Below are positions 38,226-50,700 of a stretch of 64,000 nucleotides of DNA, one piece after another. The DNA is from Cenococcum geophilum (lineage: Eukaryota), in contig CP158636.1 in NCBI GenBank assembly GCA_050273025.1, positions 2,108,001 through 2,172,000 of the forward strand, read 5' to 3'. The stretch's first letter is position 1. The number at the start of each line of letters is the position of its first letter. The notes beneath the pieces are model-generated. The model made no database searches and was not told where the DNA came from. It saw only the letters and a list, made by a program, of their open reading frames with translations. The translations under genes and the position numbers were made by a program.

Positions 38226-41137
38226 TATAACAAAGCCTTATAGCAGGAACTACGGTAAACTTATTAATAGGCTAGGTATATAGGTAAACAAGAAGTCAAT
38301 AATGTAATAATAATTAGTAGAGTGGTTGCCTAACAGATTAACTCTAATTATATTCTAAGATTCACTATAAAGAAGAGAACTATCTAGGTAGGAACTATGG
38401 TCCTTTGAATATATAATACTATGCCTAAGAAATACTTAAGTATATTAGTACGTTAAACTCTCTAAGTATGTAACGTTCTAATAGACTTTATAGATCCTAT
38501 ATTCCGAACTTATAATATAACTAACCATATAACTTAACTACTCTTTATTTTATAGTTTAACTAGTTTTAGTACCTCCTATACTTCTACTACTAGTCCGTT
38601 TATATCTCTCCTTAATAGTGCTACCACCGCTAATATAAGGTCCGTAACACCATCCCCCTCCTCTTTATCTTCGTACTTAAAGATATCTCTTATCTTTAAG
38701 TTATCTATTAGAGGTATAGCATTCCCGTTTTTAATTTAATAACCTTTATTATTCCTAATACCTCCTATTAAATCCTTTATATCTAATCGTCGTAACTAGC
38801 TAGTAACTATTATTCTCTTATTTAGTCAAGTTATACTATCCTATTCTCGTTATACAGAGAAGAAGTTAGTATATATTGCGATCGCGGCTCTATCTAGTCG
38901 CCAACCTTCTTTATATATTAAGTGTACGCGAGCAAACATACGATTGTCTTATAATGTTTAATCCGTCTCTAACGCTAAATATACGCATCTTATTAGTCTT
39001 TAAAGTCTTTAACTTTCTTATCTAATTTATTATAGGGTCCTGTATTTAATCTAAGGCGTCCCGCCTTAAGGATAAACTTACTACTACTCTTACTAAAGTC
39101 TAGAAGCTTTATAATAATAGGGAGTAAATTTATACTAAAGAGTAGAAAGTGTTTAAGACTTAATAGACTACTTATACTCATTTGGTCTATTTTTAAAAAG
39201 GTTTATAAAAAGATGCGCTTAAAGGAGTAGTATCTTGCTAAGTAAAATCTCTATAAGCTTAAGGCTTAGGAGGCTAAAAAGGATTCCAATTAAGATAAGG
39301 CGGAAACAACTAATACGCTAGTGGTAGATCCCTTAGATAATCTAGCTTATTTATTACCCTTAACTAATCCTTTTATCTTTAGCTCCTTCTTAATATTACC
39401 TAATCCGTTTTCTTTTAATACTCCTATACCTTTTCTATAGCGTTCTTTAAATTCTATAGTAGCTCTTAGGTAGTCTTATTATAACCTATTTACTTAACCT
39501 TATACTATATTTTATTGTTAACATTCTTATAACTAATAATCTTTAAAACTTACTATTTATCTTCTTCTTATCCTCTATACGTGTCTACTTTATAAATTAG
39601 TAGCTTAACATTTCCGTATACTAGCTTTAGTATTGCAATATACTATATAGGGTAGACCTTAATTTTAGCTAGTAGGTTTAACTTAAATATAATTAATAAA
39701 ATTCTTTATATAATTTTAAAAGGTTCTAGTCTAACGTAGTTTAACTTTTTACTTAGTTATTAACTCTTAAAATTTTTATATAGTAGCTATACTTTATCCC
39801 CCTCCTTAAGATCTAGTCCCTTAGATCTCTTAGCGTTATAGTACCTTTTTATTCTTTCTTATACTATCTTCGCTAATTCCATAAGATTTATTAATATCTT
39901 TATTCTTTCTTTAGCTATACTACTTATTTTCTTTACTTATTATAGTAATAATAATATTCTTAGCTTATATCTATAATTTGCCTTAAATAGTAATATGCCT
40001 ATTCCTTCTTATAGTATTATATTATATATAAACTATATAACTAGTAATAGCGATACCTAATTATTTTATGTGTAATTAATATAATATTTTAGATACTATT
40101 CTAATATCTAATTTAATCTTTCTGTTTAACCGTCTGTTTATAGGTAATATACTATTAATATTACTACGCAAACGCCTTATTTCGCTAAAAATACCTTTTA
40201 AAATACTATTACAAATTTTAGATTTCTATCCGATATAATTTTACTTAGTACTCTATATTTTATAAACACTTCTTTAATATAAATTCTAGCAATATCTTCC
40301 ATTAAGATTTCTTCTATGTATGCTATAAAGTAGCCCTATTTAGTTAACTTATCTACTATTATAAGGATTATATTATGCTTCTATCTAGTAATAGAATCTC
40401 TTAACTTTAGTAACTTAATAATAAAGTCCTATAATATAACCTCCCATAGTCTCTCTAGTATTTTAATAGGTTATAGCCCTCTATATAGCTTATATCTTAT
40501 TAGTTTATTCTTTTAGTAATCTAAATACTCTTTTATTACTTTTTTAGTAATACCCTAAATTTTATTAATAATATACTCTTTCTAAAGTCTTAACACTAAG
40601 CCTATTGCTCCATTATATCCTTAAGTTATTTCCTTATAGAAATCTTCTATAAAATACTCTACGATGCTCTTTAGGATATACTTTACTTCTTAATTCTCGT
40701 ATATATCTATCTATAGATCTTCTAGCTATACCTCTAAAATTCTTTATACCTAAAAGCTTTCTAGTATTTTATAAACTCTTTTTAGTTTATTCTCCTAAGT
40801 TACTATTAACTTAGGGTAATTATACCTAATTAACCCATTCTTATCTCTGTGTAGTATTACTCCTAATAGTTTCTTATTATTTTATAGTTTAGCCTTTTTA
40901 CTAAGTGTATCTACTCTTATATTTTTAGTTCCTTTAGTATACTAAATCTTAAAATGGTATTCTATAAGCATTTCTACCTATTTAACTTGTCTTTAGTTAA
41001 GTTCTTTTATTATTAGGAACCCCGTTAGGTTCTTATAATCTATCTTAACTATAAATAGTTTCTCTACGCCTTATAAGAATGCTCTTTGTTTTTTAAGTGT
41101 TATAACTATACCTAATAACTCCTTATTATAGATATTA

Positions 41138-43549
41138 GTAGTAATTCTTGATTAATGTCTAATACGGATCCTATCTAGGCCTACGCAGACTACTCCGTCA
41201 CAGGGGGAAAACTTATAATTTACAGGAAGAAAACCCTGCAGTTTAGGGGAGGAAAAACCCTATGAGCCACCTTAGTAGGATAAAAAACCCCGGTTTGCCA
41301 TGTCCGTCCATAGCGGCGGCCCTATAGGCCTATAGCTACGTTCTGTCCTCCTTAGATATTTAAACTCCTTGGGAACCACTACTTCCTTCTCTAGCTTATT
41401 CTAGCTAGGGTTCACTACGTCCTAGCTAGGCCTTGCCGTTCAATTACTATACACTTATAGTTGTGTTCCGTATTTTAACCACCCCCTATATGCTATCTCT
41501 TATTAACTATTACCATATACGCCATGCCTTCCCCCCCCTAAGGCCTATTAAAGGCATAAGGGGGATTTATCTATAAACTACTACTATACTAAAAGGCGAG
41601 CGGGACGTGTATGCCTAAGTATCTTTTATGCCTAGGCCCTAGTCACTAGGCCCTTGCCAAGGGTTACTACTCCTTAAAAGAAGACAGGAAAACCGTACGG
41701 TATTATCTAGGCTGCTAGGTAGTATTTAATAGTTGATGGCGAGTGACTGTATGCTCCGCGGGCGATTGCCCTAGGGGTTAGGAGGGGCCGTATATTTGCT
41801 CGTTGCTCGTTTATTCGCAATCGCTCGTTTATTAGCGTAAGAGGTCATTAATGCTCTCTACTGGGGGTCGGGGGATGTTATCGAATGCCGTGTATCCATG
41901 TTAGATTGTATAGGTGCCTTAATAGGAGAATAGTGTTGCTGTTGTTTATAAGGGGTACTTAGTAGTAGTTTTCAAGATCTCACCATCCTATATAAAAACT
42001 TTTTACTACCGCCTATAATACCTACTACCACTACTAGGTCGTATCGCACGCTATATAACGTCTCTGCGTTAGCTCTAAGTCTAAACTTCAAAGACTTAGG
42101 CAGGTAGTTATATATTAGTTAGTAATATAGTAGAGTTTAATATACCTACTTATTTAGGCCTCTACCCCAGTTTTCTAGTGCTTTAGTCCCAATCTATAAG
42201 CAGTTGGCTATTACCACTAATTACGGGGAGTTTTACTAGTTCTTTTAGATATCTTATAACGGTATTACCCAAGTACCAGTCTGCCCCCCAGCAGTCTATA
42301 TAAGAGTTTCCTCCTAAAGTTAGTGCGCTTTCGCACGGCTTGGGAGCCTTCTATAGCCTTTAGTTTTACCAGGTAGTTATATATTAGTTAGTAATATAGT
42401 AGAGTTCAACATGCCTACTTATTTAGGCCTCTACCCCAGTTTTCTAGTGCTTTAGTCCCAATCTATAAGCAGTTGGCTGCTACCACTAATTACGGGGAGT
42501 TTCACCAGTTCTTTTGGATATCTTATAACGGTATTACCCAAGTACCAGTCTGCCCCCTAGCAGTCTGTATAAGAGTTTCCTCCTAGAGTTGGTGCGCTTT
42601 TGTACGGCTTAGGAGCCTTCTATAGCCTCTAGTTTTACGCCTTTCTTTATTATTTCCGCCGGCGCGGGTATAAGCTGCCGTTTCCAGGGGTCGCAACTCC
42701 CATCTTCGCGCCTACTGACGTAATCCTACGGGGGCGTCGTAGCTGCATCCTGCAATATAGTTGGGTACACCTTCTACGGACAAGGCCGAGCCACTGCCTC
42801 TCCCGCCTAAGTAACTCCTATTTACTCCTTAAGTATATCTTACCGGCGAGCCGCCCTAGAGGCGAACGGTTCCGTCTGTTAATATACCGACACGCGTATC
42901 CGTTCTCTTAAGCTATGTAGTAGTCTCTCCGGCCAGGGTGTAATCCTACCTGCCTATTAGGTGCACTAAAGGTCAGAGCCCAGTTAAGGGGTAAGGTCTT
43001 TAGAGCCAGCAGTGGCTACTATATACTACGCCCTATAGGAAGCTAGTAGTAATATAGGGGCACAACACCCTATATACTACTAGTTCCTATTTCGCGTTGC
43101 CTGTAAGAGTCTCCTTATAATAGGCCGACCGTGTCTTGCAGGAGGGGGGCCGTAGAGATACTAGGTCCCGCACCGGACGACCTGCTCTCCCCCCTCCTAC
43201 TAACTAAGCTTGTGTCCCCCCTTTTTATAAGCTGGCCTGTGTCTCTAACTGTCGAGTCCTCGTCCGACTGGCCTGTGTTTCCCCTGCAGCCTCCCCTATA
43301 TGTATGCATTAGGTTGCGTGCACCACGCCTATTAAGACCCTCCTGTAAGTCGCCTGTGAGTCGACCGTGAGGCGACCGTAAGTCGACTGTAAGTCGGACG
43401 CCATGGGGCCGTCGAAGCTGGCCTGTGTTTCCGCTGCCTAGAACTTTGCCCGTGTTTCCACCTCGCTGAGCCGTCTGGTCGCCGTCGCGTCGCTGTCGCT
43501 GTATCAGGTCGCGCGCACCACGCCTATTAAGACCCTCTTCTGAGTCACC
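41138..43549 (-). mobile_element. Non-autonomous non-LTR (LINE/SINE-like) insert J
   Basis: 14-bp TSD T[A/G]TTATAGATATTA at 41124-41137 and 43550-43563; minus-strand 3' end ...caagaatTACTAC; GC-rich 5' end; no LTRs, TIRs or recognisable RT. Confidence 0.7.
42101..42638. repeat. 269-bp tandem duplication within J
   Basis: 42101-42369 repeated at 42370-42638 with transition differences. Confidence 0.92.
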
Positions 43550-46500
43550 TGTTATAGATATTATAGTTTAACTTTAATAGTATTATCTTCTAATTATAAT
43601 ACGCCACTAGGTGCTATATATTTCCGTACTTTTATAGTAAATATGCTTTTAGTATAAAGTCTAATATATTTGTTTTTATAACTATATCTAATCCTAGTTA
43701 ATAGATCTTAAGAATTAGCTTCTAGGTAAATAACTCCTTAAGTTCTTTAAATAGCTTCTTTTACTTATCTCCCTATACCTATAGTTTCTCTTTTTTTATA
43801 AGCTTGGTAAATAGTTTAATATTCTTTAACTATTATATTATAAACCTTCTATAGTAGTTATAAACCCCTAAAAATAACCTTAACTACGTTACGTTTTCTG
43901 GTTCTTACTAACTTACTATAGCTTTAATCTTTTTAGGTCTATATTAATATAACCTAGTTTAATAATAAATCTAACAAAATCGATCTTTCTGGTAAAGAAC
44001 ATATATTTTTTAATTACTACTAGCATTTTTTTTATAGTCTCTTTAAGACCTATTTAACGTATTTTCTGTATTATTCCTTAGTTATTAAATAGATATTATT
44101 ATTATTAATGTATATTATAATAAAATTATTAAAGTGTTCTCCTAATATACTATTAATTCTCTTTTAAAATGTTACTAGTGCATTTATTAATCTAAATTGT
44201 ATAACTAATAGTTTGTATAGTCCTTCCTTTAACCTAAAGGCTGCCTTTTATTTATCGTCTTCCTTAATTCTAATTTAGTGGTACGCCTATTTCAGATCTA
44301 TCTTTATAAAGATTTGCGTATTACCTATTCTGTCTTAGATTTTGCTAATTAAGGGTAAAGAATACCTATCTTTCTAAGTAATGTGTAACGGGACTAGCCC
44401 AGTTACAGTAGGAACGTCTCGGTAATACACTTAACAGATAAATTCTAATAATTTGTCCAAATTCTGCCGAATTTTACTAGCTTAATTAACTTCTACTAAG
44501 TTTTGCTAGATCTATTGAATTTTACTAAAGTCTATTAAAGACCGCGTGCATATGTACGTACGCATTGACTACTAAGCCCCTAACTATTTAATTATATAAT
44601 TCTCTTATTATTCCTTTTTCTTTTTTATGTAACGTCTTGTTCTTAGCAAGAGCTATATACCCTTAGATTTAGATAGAATTTATATTATTCCTTTAAATCT
44701 TCCCTAAAGTCTCTTTACGCCCTTATATTACGTTACTTTAAAATAACTATTATTAAAATAGTAAATAAACTTAAACCTACCGCGTTAACTATAAGCATTA
44801 TAGCCCTAGTTAGGGAATAGTTAACTATAATACAACAGTCCTTTATGGATACTTTAGCCTAATAGCGAGCAATATTAGAAGCTTAGTACTAGTAATTAAT
44901 AGGAGCAATCCGCGAAGAATTCTATAACATTAAAGCATTTACATTAAAGACCCTAATAGTAATACCTGTAATTAAAATTAAAATAACTATATATAAACCC
45001 GGCCTATTAAATATAAACCCTAAACTAGTAACGGTAGCTTAATCTATACTTATAATAGACTTAGTACCTATTATAAAATCTAAAAAGCTCCCTAACCCTC
45101 TAATATTTAATAGAAATTAAAATAACCTATATCCCTTTATAACTAAGCTCTGTCTTGAACTTTTAATAAACTATAACTAATACCCTACTAAAGCTAGTAA
45201 GATTAGCTATAGAATATCTTATTTAAGTAAAAATACTGTATAAACTATAGACCTATTCTTCCGTAATAGCACCTTTATTAATTTTAAAATCTATATTTCT
45301 TTACTAAAACAAATATATAGCTATTACTAAACTTAAAAACTTATAATAATAGAACCAAGACTTTACCAGCTTTTTTTTTATTTTTAGGCCTTATTAGTAA
45401 ACTAGATTAGAATAAAGCCGCTAGAGTTACTACTCTCTATTAAGCTATTTTAGATAAAATTAGAGTATAGTTAGTAGGTAAAGAACTACTAAAGGACTTA
45501 CCTAAATTTGCTATAATATGTTAATAAATTAATAAGGACCTTTAATATAATAAATAGACTCGTTCCCTAAAGCTAACTATACCTTATATTTAAAACTCTA
45601 TAAAACTGGTATATACCCTAAAGCGCGATCTATCTCTAAAACTAAAAAGCCCTATATATAACCCTATAGACCTTAATACTACTTAATTTTATACACCCTT
45701 AAAAACTAATAAATAAAGAATATAAGCCGTAAATAGAGATTGCTTTAAATATAGTAAAAGGGGATATATTTAAAGAAATTGCCAAACTTACCCTTTTAAA
45801 AGGTCTAACGTAGTTCCTTTTAGTCCTTAAATTATACTTATTTTATAAATTATACTTAGTTGCTATAAAGCATCTTACTTTTAGTTAATTTAGAAAATGA
45901 ATTATCCTAAGGCTAAGTTGCGCCTTAGAATAAGAAGTGGAAGAGTATAAATATTTAGGCTCTTTTAGCGCTAATATATAATATAACTCTCTTAATATAC
46001 TTAGCAAAATTTAAATACTTAAAAAATAGAAGGAAGTATAAATCCTTATAGATAGCGGAGCTACTAATATAGGCTTTATTAATATAAATTACGCAAAAAC
46101 TTAACGCTTTAATTAAAAGAAACTTAATAAGCCCTAAGGCCTATAAGGCTTTAACGGTAAGCCTTTAATATATAGTAAACTAATATACTATACTCTTATA
46201 AAGATATAGATAGGTAAATACCTTAAATACATTTCCTTATTTATAATATCCTTAAAGTATTATAAAATAATACTTAGATATAGTTAGCTAAAACAATATA
46301 ACCCTTTAATTAGCTAGGTTAAAGAAATACTAAAATTCTATATAACCTACTGCCGAAGTTATTACTTAAAATACTACTTACCCTATAAATATGTATATAA
46401 CTATTTAAATTTAATATAATATAAATTACCCTTATTATAAACCCTAAACTAATATAATAAAGTTATAACTGCTAATCGTGGTAAAGAATGCAAAAATAAT

Positions 46501-47529
46501 ATATTAAAACCTCTTAAATTTTATATAATATAAGCTACACCCTTTTATTTATTAGTAAGAAAACAAGATTATAAGATCTTTACTATAACACTAGAAGATA
46601 TTAAGAAGGCGTTAAAATTAAAGCAATATATTAACCCCTAACCTCTTATATCTAAAGAATATTATAATCTAATTAATATGTTTAAGAAACGATTTATAAA
46701 CTAACTACCCCCGTATTAAGATAAGTATAATTTTAAGATAGAACTTAAACCTAGTATAACGCTAAAGTTTAGCCCGTTATACGGTATATTATAAAAAGAG
46801 CTACTTATAATATAATAATACCTTAAAGAGCACCTAGAGAAAGGATTTACTCGCCCTAGTTAATTATTATTTACCTTACCTATACTATTTATTAAAAAAC
46901 CTAAAGGAGGCTTAAGGTTTTCTGTTAATTATTAAGCCCTAAATATAATTATAATTTAAAACCGATATCTAATTTTTTTTATTTTAAGAAATACTTAACT
47001 ATTTAGTAAAAGTATAATACTTTATAAAGCTTAATATAGTTGCGGCCTTTAATTAAATCCGTGTTTATAAAGGAGATAAGAAGTATACGGCTTTCCGTAT
47101 ATAATAGAGACCTTTTAAATACCTAGTAATGCCGTTTAGTATAAAGTGTTGGGAATGAGGCAAGTTGCCGTCGCATGAAGCATATTGCCGTCACGTGTCG
47201 ACGTGGCCCTAGTGTGGTGAGGAACCTTAAGTTCCTCACCCCTTTCCTTATTCCTATTAATAAGAATCAACTAATATTACTATAACCCTACTTAAGTAGT
47301 CGTTATTGGTGAGTCACCCTGTGTTTTTAATACTGATTAGTGGTTAAATATATAGTCAACTATAGAGCAGCTAGGTTTTTAAATAGAAGAGATAGTCTTA
47401 TATAGGGGTGCCATATGCGCTCATATGGAATGGATCCCGGCGATACTGTGCTACCTTAGACTTGCGGAAAACTAGTAATAGAAGTGTTACTAAGTACTAG
47501 GAGATACTAAGTTGCGTCTATTACGCAGA

Positions 47530-47715
47530 ACAACTACGTTTACGAAGATTTGGTCGAGTACTTTAGGTTAGAAGTGTTACTAAACTTATGGTCCTAAAAT
47601 TAACGTTTAAAACGCGTTAAACAACTACGCATATAAAGATTTGGTTGAGTACTTTAGGTTAGAAGTATCACTAAACCTACGGTCCTAAAGTTAACGTCCA
47701 AAACGCGTCGACAAC
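47530..47715. repeat. 91-bp tandem duplication in the Copia leader
   Basis: acaactacg...aaaacgcgt starting at 47530 and 47621. Confidence 0.85.
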
Positions 47716-47765
47716 ATCTTAATTGCCTACCTTTTAATAGCAAACTTATGAGATTCTACAAAGCC

Positions 47766-47794
<29 letters not shown>
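47766..47794 (+). repeat. Poly(A) tract (29 nt) in the Copia leader
   Basis: Homopolymer ending about 47 nt upstream of the gag ATG. Confidence 0.95.
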
Positions 47795-47796
<2 letters not shown>

Positions 47797-50700
47797 CTAC
47801 CTACCTTAAACGTACGACACCCCGTCAATTCTATACCTACTATGGCGTTAACCTACCTAAAGAAGTACGAGAAAAGCATTAACCCGGAGATGTGGGATAC
47901 AGATATTGACCCTATAAACGCTAAGGAACAGGACCTAAACGGATTCTTAGTATACTGTATAGTACACTATATAAACAGCGAATACAACGATACCGAGCTA
48001 TAGTATTATATAAAGGAGGACTTTGTTAGATGGATAAAGGAAATATAGGCTCTTACGAAGAAGGACGTTGTATAAGACTTCCGTAACTTCCTTTGGGAGA
48101 ATAGAGTATTTATCCCTATAGATGGGGGTACTATTAAAGATAATATCTAGGAGTAAGTTATTAATGTAAAAGAAGAGCACGAATGGACTCTATAAGAGGT
48201 TAAGCACTAACTACACACTAAAAGGAAGCTTAACTCACGATGGAATCTAAATAATACGCTAATAAAGACGCGCTCTAATTCCATTACTCTAGGCACAAGT
48301 TCTTATATTCTATATCTATCGCTTCTACCTTTATCTCTAGCTCCCTAGGATCTACTAATTTAACCAGTAACATTAACTATTACCCCTTAAGAGTAAGCGT
48401 AAGATCCCCTTGCTTCGCGATTTAATAACCTTTAAACTCTACTATAGGAAGATTAGGTACCACACCATATTTTACTAAGCCCTATATCTCTACTATAGCC
48501 TATAAAGCAATCCCTACCTTAATTTTTAATGTAATTTTAATGTGGTTTAATACTACTTAGAGGTACCTTAAAAATGCTTATAGAGTTTATAAAGCTCTAT
48601 GCGGACTAGGAGAAGAAGTTTGGTGGGGAACTGTATAATATCCTTAATTTGAAGCTGCGTATCTTCTATAACTATTACTAGAAGGTTAAACTAGAACCTA
48701 ACTAATATTATAATGCCTATTCCGTTATGCTTAAGGGCCGCGCTAGTACCTTCTATTATAATTATTTAGTAGGAAAAGGATATAATTTTAACCGAATAAT
48801 ATATAAGATAAGATGCTACTTTAAAACAGAAGAGAATAAGCAGCAATATATGTTGGAGTGGAGAGAGACTACCTTTTTAAGAATTATTGCTATAATCCTA
48901 GGTGTCTCTTGGCTTGATTATCTTTAAAAGCTCTTTAATTAACTTTAGATAATTTAGCGTAGTTTATCCGAATTATATTAAGAGGACCTTAGCCTACGCG
49001 ATTAAGTTATTAGCGTATACTAAGGTATTAAAGAATATAATCTTGCTTTCTTTAACCCTATAAGTACTTATAAAGGAGTATATACTTAATTAAGATCCTC
49101 TATTAGCACCGCTCTACGCTCTTAAGAAGTATAGTAATTTAATACCTAACTCTAACCTATCTTAATCGACCTAGCCAACTAATATAATTATAACTAGACT
49201 AATTAAATATATAGTGGACGTGGTAGGGGATATGGTAAAGGGTACAATTAATATTAACTATAAGGTAATTATGGAGGTCCTTATAGAGGTTCACTTCGGA
49301 GCAATTGTTAGAAGAAGTGCTACGTTTATAAGAAGCCAAATTACTAGTTAACTAGATACCCTCTTAATAGACGAAAGGAGGTATATAATAGGTTTTGCCA
49401 GAGCGTATAAAACGTTAGAAACTAAAAGGTTACTATAGCCTACTTCTAAAACTTCCTGGTTTAATATAAAGGCGAAGAAGATCTTAAGGGTAAGGTTAAC
49501 GAGGCCGAATAGTTCCTTATAGATATGGAAATTAAGGACTACTTTCCTGATTAATACTTTACCGAGTATAGTAAGGTAAATAGTATATAAACTGTTGCTA
49601 TCCTTAATAACCAATCTACGCTCTATTCTATTATAAAGTTAGATATCTTTAATAAGCTAAAGGAAAGTTCCGCGTTCTCCTTTAACGATAGATACTTAGC
49701 GAATGTCTTTTATAGCATTATGCCAGATACTAGAGCCGCAGGAGTATCTATAGTAGGAGAGCCTTAAGTTTAAGCTCTTTAGTAGCTTAATAGCTCTATT
49801 TAAATTGATTAATTAATAGTAGGCTAATATATAATTTGCTTTGGCAAGGGTACTGTGATCTCTCTTAGTACAATTAAGGTCTAAACCCTGTTAGGATATA
49901 TTACTTTCCACGTTATCCCCACGAATACCCCGTTCCTATTCTATATCTAAGATATAGATAAATTAGGTATTAAGCTTAACAACCTTAAGAATATGCTTGT
50001 CTAGGGAGATAATTGGGTGCCTGTTGTACGTAAGTAGGGTCACCCTTAGTTACTCCTTTAATAGCTAAAAAGGAGCGTTGCTTGGAGCCACCTAACCGAG
50101 TTAGAGTTACGTTAACTACACTGTTATTTTAGCCACCTATCTGTTTACCGATTGCTTAGGGTCCTTTAGCGAGTAGGTTATAAAGTTAAGGTTAAGGTAA
50201 TTGAATATTTTATAAAGTACTGCTATTACTACTAAATAAACCAGAAGTCCTCTGGCCGATTTAAGTTTACTTTTAAAGATAACTATAACTTTAACTTCTA
50301 TATTATTATGGATGTTATATATCTTAGCGGCAAGCTAGTACTCTAAGTTGTTAACTTCTTAACCTCCTTCTAAGCCGCACGCTTTTTAAAAGATATGTTA
50401 GCTAGGAATGTATAGGATACTTTTTAATTATGCTAGATTAATGTTTACCTAGGACCCCCTAATTAAATTATTTATAATATAGGAAAGAACTTCTTATCTA
50501 TGGAGTTTCGATAATAGGTAAAGGTAATAATAATTAAGGTTAAGGAAGTCCCCGTTAAGGCATATAATAGTATTAGAAAAGTAAAACGATATTATACGCT
50601 ATTACGCCGCGTATATAAGATTATTTCTTTAGAACTAGAGGGTGCTAGTAAAGAGCTTATCCTATAGATGGCTATTAAGGCTGTTAACGATACCGCTAGC

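Larger units (their letters stand above)
38226..44383 (-). mobile_element. Ty3/Gypsy element D, 3' portion (LTR, chromodomain, integrase, RNase H, RT), interrupted by J and E
   Basis: LTR 38226-38649; PPT (ccatccccctcctct on +) from 38650. RNase H motif ELNYDIYDKELL is split at 41124-41137/43550-43563. RT at 44050-44383 (IYINNNNIIY; FIKIDLK*AYH). Confidence 0.88.
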
